From IMG/VR virus record IMGVR_UViG_3300015374_000004, positions 5,787-69,786 of that record: DNA of 64,000 nucleotides; one strand, 5' to 3'. Shown here piece by piece: positions 46,579 to 55,603 of this stretch; the first letter of the stretch is position 1; every line of letters begins with the position of its first letter. The translations under genes were made by a program, and so were the position numbers. This DNA is from a virus. The notes under the pieces are model-generated. The model had not been told where the DNA came from and did no database searches. It saw only the letters and a program-made list of their open reading frames with translations.

Positions 46579-46642
46579 TCTCATGTGGGTGAGGGGACGA
46601 GGGCCTCGCTTCGGCGGGGCCTTCGTCGCGTAAGGTGGGCCG

Positions 46643-47191
46643 ATGCCGTACCCCAACAACGCCTGCTCCGGTGAGGAGATCCCGCAGCCGTGCTGCACGA
46701 CGTTGTGGGACCAGGGTGTTGATCTCCTGACCGTCGTAGCCGACGAACTGGCGCAGTGCATCGTCACGTCCTCGTGCTGCCAGGGCGGGATGCGCATGTT
46801 CATGTCGCTCGGCACGCCGCAGACGTGGCAGACGGACATCCTCTGCGTCTACCTCCAGGGCTTGGTGTACTCCTCGGGCACCTTCCAGTCCTCTGGCTCC
46901 TTCGCCCGCCTCCCGCTGGCTCGTGCGCAGTGGGTGGTGTACCTGATGGAGTCCTGCTACCCGAACGTCACCGAGGACGGCGACACGCCCAACGACGACG
47001 TGCTCCACATCGTCAACGAGCACGCCTACGCTCACGGTGAGGCGATCTACCGCGCAGTGGTGCGGTCCGTGCAGCCCGGCGGTGTGTTCGGAGCCTGTCA
47101 GGACTTCGCCCTCGGCTCCCTGGCGCCCATCCTGCCCATCGCGGGCTCAGCGGGATGGACGTTCAACGTCCAGATGCAGGTCGCGCTGTGA
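46643..47191 (+). CDS. structural protein
   Basis: Position within the structural module. Confidence 0.4.
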   Translation: MPYPNNACSGEEIPQPCCTTLWDQGVDLLTVVADELAQCIVTSSCCQGGMRMFMSLGTPQTWQTDILCVYLQGLVYSSGTFQSSGSFARLPLARAQWVVYLMESCYPNVTEDGDTPNDDVLHIVNEHAYAHGEAIYRAVVRSVQPGGVFGACQDFALGSLAPILPIAGSAGWTFNVQMQVAL

Positions 47192-47685
47192 AGGTCTCAG
47201 GCTCCCTCTCCGGGGCCGGGGCGATGGCTGATGCTGTCGAGCGGTTCGGCCGCCGGTCGATGGCCCGGCGTCTCAACGTCCAGGGCAACAACGCCATCAA
47301 GTTCGCCCAGAACTCAGCGAACCGCAACCTCAAGAAGTCCTCGGGCCGCTACGCCGCTTCGATGCGCGCCGAGTACACCGGTCTCAACGAGTCACTGGGT
47401 GCCGGAGCGATGACGGTGACGCTCAAGAACAACTCGGCCAACGTGTTTCGCATCGAGTACGGCACCAGGGACCACGACATCTTCCCGCAGAGCGAGGACG
47501 GGAAACTGTCGTGGCCTGCGGAGCGTTCCCGCAAGGGCGTGCCGTTCCGTGGCGCAGTGGGCCAGGGCGTCCACCATCCCGGTCAGCCAGCGCTCCACAT
47601 CATGGAGAACGCGATCCGCCTGGCCTTCAACGAAGGGTTCAAGGGGCAACTCGGCCGAGGGGTAGTTCGGTTCTCCGTTCGGTAG
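47155..47685 (+). CDS. structural protein
   Basis: Position within the structural module. Confidence 0.4.
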   Translation: MDVQRPDAGRAVKVSGSLSGAGAMADAVERFGRRSMARRLNVQGNNAIKFAQNSANRNLKKSSGRYAASMRAEYTGLNESLGAGAMTVTLKNNSANVFRIEYGTRDHDIFPQSEDGKLSWPAERSRKGVPFRGAVGQGVHHPGQPALHIMENAIRLAFNEGFKGQLGRGVVRFSVR

Positions 47686-47702
47686 ACGCGTATACTCCCG
47701 CC

Positions 47703-48119
47703 ATGCCCTCACCCAAGCCCTTCAACATGGATGCTGTAGTCAGCGAGAAGATCGCTGCGAACGCGGCCAAGGCAGAGATCAGAGACTTCGACCTCCTGGG
47801 GAGGACGTGGCACGCCACCACTGCTCCCTCCGTCACCGCAGTCCTCGACGCCATGAACGATCCGACCGGGGCATCGGCGCAGAACTTCCTGCTCTCGATG
47901 ATCGTCCCGGAGGAGCGGGTGGCGTTCAAGGACACGATGGCCATGACGGTCGGCTTCGACGGCGACGTCTTCTCCGAGGTGCTCAACAACCTCGCTGAAC
48001 TCGTGGCAGAGCGCCCTACCGAGCCGTCGTCCGCCTCATCGCCTACCTCGCGCAGCCGCACGTCAGGCTCGCGGTCGACGGTCAACTCATCCGTAGCGGA
48101 CAGCGACTCGCTGGACTGA
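47703..48119 (+). CDS. tail assembly chaperone (G-like); the 3' part probably bypassed by a -1 frameshift
   Basis: Start 'MPSPKPFN'. Sits upstream of the tape measure. The C-terminal 35 aa in frame 0 are low-complexity. Confidence 0.45.
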   Translation: MPSPKPFNMDAVVSEKIAANAAKAEIRDFDLLGRTWHATTAPSVTAVLDAMNDPTGASAQNFLLSMIVPEERVAFKDTMAMTVGFDGDVFSEVLNNLAELVAERPTEPSSASSPTSRSRTSGSRSTVNSSVADSDSLD

Positions 48120-48334
48120 CCCTCCAGGAGATGATGGCGCTCGCATGGGCGCACATGATCGAAGGGGCCTCCAACGAGTCCATCCAGAACGCCTGGGAAT
48201 CGCTCCTGGCGGAGAACACCGAGGATGCAGCCGTCGCTGGCGGCGGGGTCACCCTCTCCATGGTGGACCAACTCCGACAGGAGAGAGAGCGAATGATGGA
48301 GGCCGCGGCAACTAGCATCCCGCCCAATGTCTGA
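47999..48334 (+). CDS. tail assembly chaperone -1 frame extension (GT-like)
   Basis: The -1 frame is open from 47999 to 48334 and overlaps the tape measure start. Standard G/GT arrangement. Confidence 0.35.
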   Translation, partial: TRGRAPYRAVVRLIAYLAQPHVRLAVDGQLIRSGQRLAGLTLQEMMALAWAHMIEGASNESIQNAWESLLAENTEDAAVAGGGVTLSMVDQLRQERERMMEAAATSIPPNV

Positions 48335-51300
48335 TGTGAGCGGCGGCAGCCTGGAGTTCGAGGTCGTCGCCAACGTCAGCGACGTCACCTCCGGTGCCAA
48401 GACGACCCAGAAGGCCGTCGAGACCGTAGCCAAGTCGGTCAAGGATCTGGAGTCCACTACTACCAGGTTCGGGTCTCACGCCCGGACCACCTTCTCCGGG
48501 GTCGGTGCGGCGATCCAGGCGTCGCTCGGCAAGTCCGGGATCAAGGCGGCCAGCGCCTCCGTCAACCAGTTGGAGAAGGACATCCTGGCCCTACGGGCCA
48601 CCTTCGGCGCTCGGGCTGGCCAGTTCTCGGCCCTGGGGATCGACCCCAAGAACCTGGCTCTCCTCCAGAACCAACTGGACAAGTTGCTGAACCTCCAGCG
48701 GAGGATCAAGGCCGAGAACACGGCGGGCACGCTGACAGGAGACAGGCTCAAGGGCTTCGTCAACGAGTTCGAGTCGATCCGCAAGGGCGTCACCTCCGAG
48801 ACCGCCTCGATCCAGTCGGTCATCAAGAACCTGACCGCCCAGCAGACTCAGCAGGCTCAGACGCTCCGGGCTGCATCCCAGGTCCAGAACGAACTCCAGA
48901 AGATCGCAGCCCGCGCTGCCAACTCCACGGCCCAGAAGAACCTGGCTGGAACGAACGTCCAGAACGCCATCGCTGCTCGCTCCGCAGCGAAGCAGGCCAC
49001 GCAGGCGCAGGCCGCCGAACTCTCCCAGCAGAAGATCCTCCAGCAGCGGATCCAGCAGGAGGGGCTGAACTCAGCGAAGGTCGCCGGTCAGCAGCGGGGG
49101 GCGATCACCCGAGCAACCCTGGAGACGATCGGTCGACTGGAGCGAGCCACCGGAGCGGTGGTCAAGGGGATCGCCTCCACCACGGTCGGCGCGATCGGCA
49201 AGGTGTGGGACGGCCTGGTCGGTTCGGTCAGCCGCACCATGCACCGCCGGGAGGAGGTCATCTCCGGCGGGCTCAAGAACGAGACCCGTCTGTTCCAGCA
49301 GGCGTCCGTCGTCCAGCAGAAGGCGCAGCAGGGCTTCCTTGGCATTGGGGTCCGCCAGGCTGCGTTCGTCGGAGGCGGCCTCGGCCTCGTTGGCGCGCTC
49401 AAGAACACCTTCACCCTCGGTGCCGACTTCGCTCAGGGTCTCCGAGTCCTCCAGGCGCAGTTGGGGCTCACCGACGCGGAGATGAATAACGTCCGCAAGA
49501 CGGCCATCGACTTGGGCAACGACATCACCCTGCCGGGCGTCTCGGCCAAGGACGCCGCAGCGGACATCCAGTTGCTCGCCAAGCAGTTCGCCTCCCTCGG
49601 CCCGGCCGCTGTCACCGCAGCCCAGGACGCAGCCAAGGGCACTCTGCAGTTGCAGATCGCCACCCAGGCCACCGCGGATGAAGCGGCTCGACTGGTTGGC
49701 GCGTCAGTCAACATCTTCAAGATCCCGGCGCAGCAGGCCACGCAGGTCGCCGACCAGATCGCCCAGGCTCTCGCCAAGTCCGCGGGTATCTCGGTCACGG
49801 AGTTCACCCAGGGCTTCACCCAGGCCGCTGCCGTCTTCGAGCAGTTCGTCGGTCCCGGCGAGGACGCCACCAACACCCTGATCGACTTCAACACCGCCCT
49901 GGCCGCGTTGGCCAAGGGCGGCCTCATCGGGTCGGACGCCGGTACGTCACTACGGCAGTTCTTCCTCCAGGCCAACCGTGGCACCGACGAGTCCGTCACC
50001 GCCCTGGACGAACTGACGAAGCGTGCTGGTGAGACGGGCTCGGCCTTCTTCACCTTGGAAGGCAAGTCCCGGCCCTTCGTCGACACGCTGAACATCCTGC
50101 GTCGTGGCCTGGAGGGCCTGACCGCCGAGCAGCGAGCCAACACCCTGCAGACGTTGTTCGGATCGGACGCCACTCGTGCCGCCTCGATCCTCCTGGACCA
50201 GAACGGCTTCGAGTATCAGAAGTTGAGGGACCAGATCGCGGACTCCACTGGAGCGGCGGCGAAGTTCGCCAACGCTCAGTCCGGCGGTCTCCGGCGAGCC
50301 TTCGACGCCATCTCGTCCTCCATCGAGACCGCACAGATCCAGATCTTCGAGTTCGTCGACAAGACCTTGGGTCCGCTCGCGCTTGGCTTCGCCGACTTCT
50401 TCTCGAAGTTGATCTCCGGCAGCGGCGCCTTCGAGATCATTCGGCGTGGCCTGCTTGGTGTCGCTGCCGGTCTTGGGGCGATCATCGCCGTCAAGGTCGG
50501 CGTCGAGGTGCTCGGGCTCCTGGCCAAGACCCTGCCGTTGCTGATCACCCCGTTCGGCCTCCTCTCCGTGCTGGCGGCCGGACTGGGCGCGGCCTTCGTG
50601 ATCGCGTCCAAGTCCTCGAAGGGGTTCTCCGAGACCCTCAAGACGATGGGCGAGCAGGCCAAGATCGCCGCTGGCTTCCTCAAGGATCAGTTGGCCAAGG
50701 GCTTCGAGATCGTGGGTCGCACGATCAAGCCCGTCCTCGACGAGTTGATCCCAGGGTTCAAGGAACTGAGCCGGATCTTCTCCCTGTTCGCTCTCGCCAC
50801 CAAGGACGGAGGGCTGGGGTTCGGTCTCCAGGTGTTGGCCAAGTCGCTGCAGACCTTTGCCCGCCAGACATTGGCCGACCTGGCTCAGCGGTTCCCGATC
50901 GTCCAGCGCGGCCTCGACGACATCCGCCACGTCATCGAGAACCTCGTGCCGCTCGGTCGGCGGCTCCGTGAGTTCGGCGCCATCTTCCAGAACGCGTTCG
51001 CCACCGTTCGCACGGACGGGTTGGTCGCTGGCCTCAAGACCCTGGGCGCCTCGCTGTTCAACGTCATCAAGGCGGACATCCAGCAGATCAACTTCAAGGA
51101 GATCGGTCGGCTCCTGTCGACCAACCTCGGCCGTGCCCTGACCGGCGCTGGTCTCGGTGCTGTCGCTGGTGGCGTGATCGCTGGTCCCATCGGCGCCGCG
51201 CTCGGCGCTGCCATCGGGGCGGGGATCGGGCTGGCCCTGCCGACGATCCGCAACGCCCTGGTGCGGCTGTTCACCTCGATCGACCCGGCCGCACTGTTCG

Positions 51301-54300
51301 GCAAGTTGCTGGACGGCGTCCACAAGTTGGGCGAGACGATCGGCAAGATCATCTCCTCGAAGAACTTCATCCTCGGTGTGGCTGGCATCGCCGCTGCTGC
51401 CGCCGCGATTGCCGTCCAGTTCATCACCGGCTTTGTCGGTGGGATCTTCTCCCACCTCGGCCAGGTCGCTCAGGCTGGTGCGGCAATCCTCAACGCCCTG
51501 TTCGATCAGAACTCGATCGTCAAGGCCGTGGTCGCCCTGGCCATCTTGCTGCGCAAGCAACTGATCGGCGCCTTCACCTCGAACAAGGTCGGTGAGGAAG
51601 CGGGCAAGGTCGTGGCCAAGAACGTGGCCGACGGCGCGGCGAAGAACCTCCCGACCACCCTCGGCTCCCGGCTCAAGGGTCTTGGTACGTCGATCGGCGC
51701 AGCGTTCAAGGATCTGGGCTCGAAGGCCGCCAACGGTCTGACCGTCGCACTCTCCGCTGGACTGTCCGGCTCCGCGCTCGGCGGGGCCTCCTCGAACCTG
51801 GAGAAGGGCCTCGGCATCGCCGGAGTCCTCGGCTCTGTCGCTGCCGGTGCATCTGTCGCTGGCCCTGCCGGTGCCGCTGCTGCCGGTGGCATCGCGCTGC
51901 TCACCACGGCCATCGCCCAGAACGCCAAGGCTGCCGCCGAGGCGAAGGGCCTCATGCTCCAGTACAAGGACGCCATCACCCAGACGGGGGATGCGGGCAA
52001 GGGCACCGCCGACGTCCTCGGGGTCAACCTCACTGGGGCGAGCAAGCAGGTCAAGAAGGATCTGGCGGCCGTTGGGTTCACGGTCGAGGACTTCAACAAG
52101 GCGATCCAGGCCGGGAAGTCCAAGGAGTTCCTGGACGACCTGAACAACAAGTTGGAGGGCGTCTTCCACGCTCTCGACTCGAAGGGGAACCTGGCCCGGA
52201 ACCAGAACGTCTTCGAGTTCCTCGACAAGCAGGTCAAGGCGTTCCAGGGCTCCTTGAAGGACATCAAACTGGACGAGGCCCTCAACCCGAAGGGCATCGG
52301 CAGGGGGTTCGACTTCGGCGCGATCACTCATGGCCTTGTCGACATCGGCACGAAGGCGGCCGAGGCACGACGCCAGGAGTTGGAGGTAGCGAAGGATCTC
52401 CAGGCGCAGAGGTTGGAGGCCACCCTTACCCGGCTCAGGACGAAGGCCGAGAACATCACAGAGGCAGCGCAGACGGCCCGCACCAAGTTGGCCGAGTTGA
52501 TCGCTGGCCAGACGCAAGAGGTCACCCCGGTCCAGGCCACCGACACGGCCATCATCAACACGCAGGCGACCGCAGCCGATGTCCAGAAGGCAATCACGGA
52601 CGGCGTCTTCTCTGCTGTCGGTTCGGCTGAGTTCCAGCAGGCGATCGGCTCGTTCAACGTCGATGTGGGCACTGCCTTCACCACCGCCCTGACCTCTGCT
52701 GATCCGGGCACCGCGCTACAGCAGTCGTTCGACAAGCAGGCGTTCGCCATCAACCAGATGGACGTCTCGCCGGACGCCAAGAGCCTGCTCCTCCAGAACC
52801 TCCAGGCCGACTTCGATCGAGCCAAGGAGAACATCCCGGTCGGCGTCGGTATCCGCGCCGACGAGGCGACCGCGGCTGGTCTGGAGGCCCAGGCCAAGGC
52901 GGCAGAGGCCGCCGCCCAGAACCAGATTCCGATCGGGTCCGTCGCCGACATCGACACCGCTCAGGCCGCGGGCCGTAACGCTCAGAAGGCTGCCGCTGAT
53001 GCTGCGGTGGCACAGGCTGGCGATGGCATCCCGCTCAAGTTCAAGGCCGAGCGAGAGATGGCGATCCAGGACGCCAAGAACGCCGCTGGTGAAGCAGCGA
53101 AGGCAGCGAGTGATGCGATCGCCTCCGGGAGTCAGGCGGCTGGCGCCGCCCTGCCCACCGGGCTGGCCCAGGGCATCCTCGGTGCCAGTGGCACTGCGTC
53201 CAGCGCGGCGTCCACCATGGCCGATCAGACAGTTCAGGCAGCGAAGTCGCGGCTGGGCGTGTCGTCTCCGTCCACCGTCTTCCAGGCGATGGGCGTCAAC
53301 GTCGGCCAGGGTCTCGTCGCTGGTATGCGGTCCCAGACCGGGGCCGTGAACGCCGCTGCGTCCTCGATGGTCTCTGGTGCCGCCGCAGCGGCATCGAGGG
53401 GCCTGACGTCCTTCAACGCGATCGGTCGCAACATCGTCCTCGGTATCGCCAACGGCATCCGCTCTGCTTCGACTGTCGTGGTGAAGGCCGTGACCGCCAC
53501 GGCTGGATCCCTGGTGCAGACGATGCAGTTGGCCTTGAAGATCGGCTCGCCGTCGAAGGTGTTCATGGGGATTGGCGAGGACGTCATGGCCGGTCTCGTC
53601 AAGGGCATCGAGGCCGGTGGCTCTGAGGTCGTGAGCGCGATCAGCAGTGTGGCCACGGCCATGATCAACTCGACCCGCAACGCGGCGAACAGCATCCCCG
53701 ACGCGCTGGGCACACTGTTCGACGACGCCTTCTCCCGCTTCGCCGTCAGCGGTGGCTCGAACACGGCGAAGGCCGTGAACGGCTTCAACGATGCCATCCA
53801 CGACGTGTTCCTCCAGGTTGCCCAGAACGCCAAGACCCTGTGGGACGCAGCCTCGAAGGAAGCGGGCGCCCGCTCGACCGAGGAGAACATGCTCCTGTTC
53901 TTCCAGGAGCAGTTCCAGTCCCTCTCCGGCGGCACGGTGTTCGGTCGAGCCAACATCGACGCCATCACGAAGGCCGTCGACGCCATCAAGCAGATCGGTG
54001 ACTCGCTCCTGGAGCAGGGCTTCTCCGCTCAGCAGGCCGCCGACCAACTCCTCAACTACCGCGCCGCCCTCATCCAGATCGCCACCCAGGCCGGTATCGC
54101 CGGACCCGAGGTGGCGGCCCTCATCGACTCGCTCGGGCTGAGCACCACCAGCCTCACCGACTTCGTGAACCAGGCGAACCGGCTAAACCAGATCGTGGCC
54201 GAAGGGCAGCGCCGGACGACGGCCGGGACCGACATCACCCCCCTCGTTCCTGGGCCGAACGCGGTGCAGCAGTTCAACGAGATCAACCTGGTCATTCCCC

Positions 54301-54365
54301 ACGGTGACCCCCAGGCCGTATCTTTGGCGGTCGTGAACCGTCTGGCGCAGGACATCCGCCGATGA
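48327..54365 (+). CDS. tape measure protein
   Basis: 2012 aa. Ala/Gln/Leu-rich coiled coils with central hydrophobic segments. Confidence 0.75.
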   Translation: MSDVSGGSLEFEVVANVSDVTSGAKTTQKAVETVAKSVKDLESTTTRFGSHARTTFSGVGAAIQASLGKSGIKAASASVNQLEKDILALRATFGARAGQFSALGIDPKNLALLQNQLDKLLNLQRRIKAENTAGTLTGDRLKGFVNEFESIRKGVTSETASIQSVIKNLTAQQTQQAQTLRAASQVQNELQKIAARAANSTAQKNLAGTNVQNAIAARSAAKQATQAQAAELSQQKILQQRIQQEGLNSAKVAGQQRGAITRATLETIGRLERATGAVVKGIASTTVGAIGKVWDGLVGSVSRTMHRREEVISGGLKNETRLFQQASVVQQKAQQGFLGIGVRQAAFVGGGLGLVGALKNTFTLGADFAQGLRVLQAQLGLTDAEMNNVRKTAIDLGNDITLPGVSAKDAAADIQLLAKQFASLGPAAVTAAQDAAKGTLQLQIATQATADEAARLVGASVNIFKIPAQQATQVADQIAQALAKSAGISVTEFTQGFTQAAAVFEQFVGPGEDATNTLIDFNTALAALAKGGLIGSDAGTSLRQFFLQANRGTDESVTALDELTKRAGETGSAFFTLEGKSRPFVDTLNILRRGLEGLTAEQRANTLQTLFGSDATRAASILLDQNGFEYQKLRDQIADSTGAAAKFANAQSGGLRRAFDAISSSIETAQIQIFEFVDKTLGPLALGFADFFSKLISGSGAFEIIRRGLLGVAAGLGAIIAVKVGVEVLGLLAKTLPLLITPFGLLSVLAAGLGAAFVIASKSSKGFSETLKTMGEQAKIAAGFLKDQLAKGFEIVGRTIKPVLDELIPGFKELSRIFSLFALATKDGGLGFGLQVLAKSLQTFARQTLADLAQRFPIVQRGLDDIRHVIENLVPLGRRLREFGAIFQNAFATVRTDGLVAGLKTLGASLFNVIKADIQQINFKEIGRLLSTNLGRALTGAGLGAVAGGVIAGPIGAALGAAIGAGIGLALPTIRNALVRLFTSIDPAALFGKLLDGVHKLGETIGKIISSKNFILGVAGIAAAAAAIAVQFITGFVGGIFSHLGQVAQAGAAILNALFDQNSIVKAVVALAILLRKQLIGAFTSNKVGEEAGKVVAKNVADGAAKNLPTTLGSRLKGLGTSIGAAFKDLGSKAANGLTVALSAGLSGSALGGASSNLEKGLGIAGVLGSVAAGASVAGPAGAAAAGGIALLTTAIAQNAKAAAEAKGLMLQYKDAITQTGDAGKGTADVLGVNLTGASKQVKKDLAAVGFTVEDFNKAIQAGKSKEFLDDLNNKLEGVFHALDSKGNLARNQNVFEFLDKQVKAFQGSLKDIKLDEALNPKGIGRGFDFGAITHGLVDIGTKAAEARRQELEVAKDLQAQRLEATLTRLRTKAENITEAAQTARTKLAELIAGQTQEVTPVQATDTAIINTQATAADVQKAITDGVFSAVGSAEFQQAIGSFNVDVGTAFTTALTSADPGTALQQSFDKQAFAINQMDVSPDAKSLLLQNLQADFDRAKENIPVGVGIRADEATAAGLEAQAKAAEAAAQNQIPIGSVADIDTAQAAGRNAQKAAADAAVAQAGDGIPLKFKAEREMAIQDAKNAAGEAAKAASDAIASGSQAAGAALPTGLAQGILGASGTASSAASTMADQTVQAAKSRLGVSSPSTVFQAMGVNVGQGLVAGMRSQTGAVNAAASSMVSGAAAAASRGLTSFNAIGRNIVLGIANGIRSASTVVVKAVTATAGSLVQTMQLALKIGSPSKVFMGIGEDVMAGLVKGIEAGGSEVVSAISSVATAMINSTRNAANSIPDALGTLFDDAFSRFAVSGGSNTAKAVNGFNDAIHDVFLQVAQNAKTLWDAASKEAGARSTEENMLLFFQEQFQSLSGGTVFGRANIDAITKAVDAIKQIGDSLLEQGFSAQQAADQLLNYRAALIQIATQAGIAGPEVAALIDSLGLSTTSLTDFVNQANRLNQIVAEGQRRTTAGTDITPLVPGPNAVQQFNEINLVIPHGDPQAVSLAVVNRLAQDIRR

Positions 54366-55603
54366 CGCACCACATGCAGTGGCTCTACACCACGTCGGAT
54401 ACGGGGACTTGCGAGATCTTCAACGGTGAGCGGCTGCTGGCCAACCTGCGCCACACCGATGCCTGCGGGATCTTCACGGTGTCGGGGACCGACTGCAAGT
54501 GGTCGAACGGGATCTTCCCGCTGATGCTCGACGTCGGCTCACTGGACGGGAACGGCGTCAACGACTGGCCGTACCTCGACTTCACCGGAGGGGTCACCGA
54601 CCTCTCCAACCCGGCGCCGTGGTGGGATGGCGTGAACGGCTCCCCGTCCTCTCGTGGCTACGGGTTCTGGATCGAGGAGTGGACCGGGCTCGACTCGGCT
54701 CACGTGACCCGCGCCGTGTCCCAGCGCGCTGGTCGGCTGGGTGGTGCGAACTTCGGGCCACTCACCTCCGGTAGCCGCGTGTGGAAGATGAACGTGATCC
54801 TGGTTGGTGCTGACGGCGGCGCCCTGGAGGCCATGTTCCGCTGGCTGGAGACCACGCTGTTCGACTGCTGCAACGCCTGCGGTGGCGAGGAGATGCTGAT
54901 CCGCACCTCCTGTCCTCCTCAGTCGGAGCCCGCAGTCGACGTGTACCGAGCCCGCGGTGCTGCGCTGATCGAGGGCCTCACGTGGGAGGAGCCGCCCATC
55001 GAGCGGCTCGGCTGTCTGATGCGGCGAGTGTCATTCACCATCGGCGTCGCCGATCCGTGCCTGTACGCCTGTGCTGAGTCGTGCGTCAATCAGCAGCCCT
55101 TCGACTTCCTCGCTCCCTGCGTCCCCATCCACCTCTGGATCGGCTGCAACGTGACCTGCGCCGAGATGGAGCCCTACCGGATCTGCTGCCCGATCGACGC
55201 TGCGAGCCAGGGCCTCACCTCACCAGTCGTCACCCTGGAGAACGAGGGCACGCTCCCCACGTCCGCGGTGCGCATCTACGGGATGACTGACCCGCTCAAC
55301 ATCGGCTGCGATCCGTGCTCGCTGGTGGTGCAGCAGAACATCGTGACCCACCCGATCCCGCCCGGCTCAGCGCTACGGATTGACTCGTCTCAGCGCAAGG
55401 TGCTGTTCCGCTCCCCCGACACCGGCCAGGAGTGGGTGGACGGCACGGCCTTCCTCAACCCGGAGCCTGGGTTCGCTCCTTCGTTCCTGTCGCTGGCCGG
55501 TGGTCTGCCGGGCTGGGTCGCCGTCGAGCCCGTCTCCTTCTGCGGCAGCCTGGACGATCTCCTGATCTCCGTCGACATCGTGAGCCGAGTGGGATGCTGC
55601 TAA
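54362..55603 (+). CDS. distal tail protein candidate
   Basis: Immediately after the TMP with a coupled start. Confidence 0.45.
   Translation: MTHHMQWLYTTSDTGTCEIFNGERLLANLRHTDACGIFTVSGTDCKWSNGIFPLMLDVGSLDGNGVNDWPYLDFTGGVTDLSNPAPWWDGVNGSPSSRGYGFWIEEWTGLDSAHVTRAVSQRAGRLGGANFGPLTSGSRVWKMNVILVGADGGALEAMFRWLETTLFDCCNACGGEEMLIRTSCPPQSEPAVDVYRARGAALIEGLTWEEPPIERLGCLMRRVSFTIGVADPCLYACAESCVNQQPFDFLAPCVPIHLWIGCNVTCAEMEPYRICCPIDAASQGLTSPVVTLENEGTLPTSAVRIYGMTDPLNIGCDPCSLVVQQNIVTHPIPPGSALRIDSSQRKVLFRSPDTGQEWVDGTAFLNPEPGFAPSFLSLAGGLPGWVAVEPVSFCGSLDDLLISVDIVSRVGCC

Noticed and set aside
49950-52517. 855-aa antisense ORF inside the tape measure gene. Similar long Arg/Pro/Gly-rich ORFs occur elsewhere, e.g. 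19976-21469(-), 42240-44288(-), 26122-26907(-), 715-1170(-).
   Set aside because: Typical open-frame artefacts of about 70% GC DNA. Low-complexity Arg/Pro composition, no RBS, and each lies antisense to a well-supported gene.
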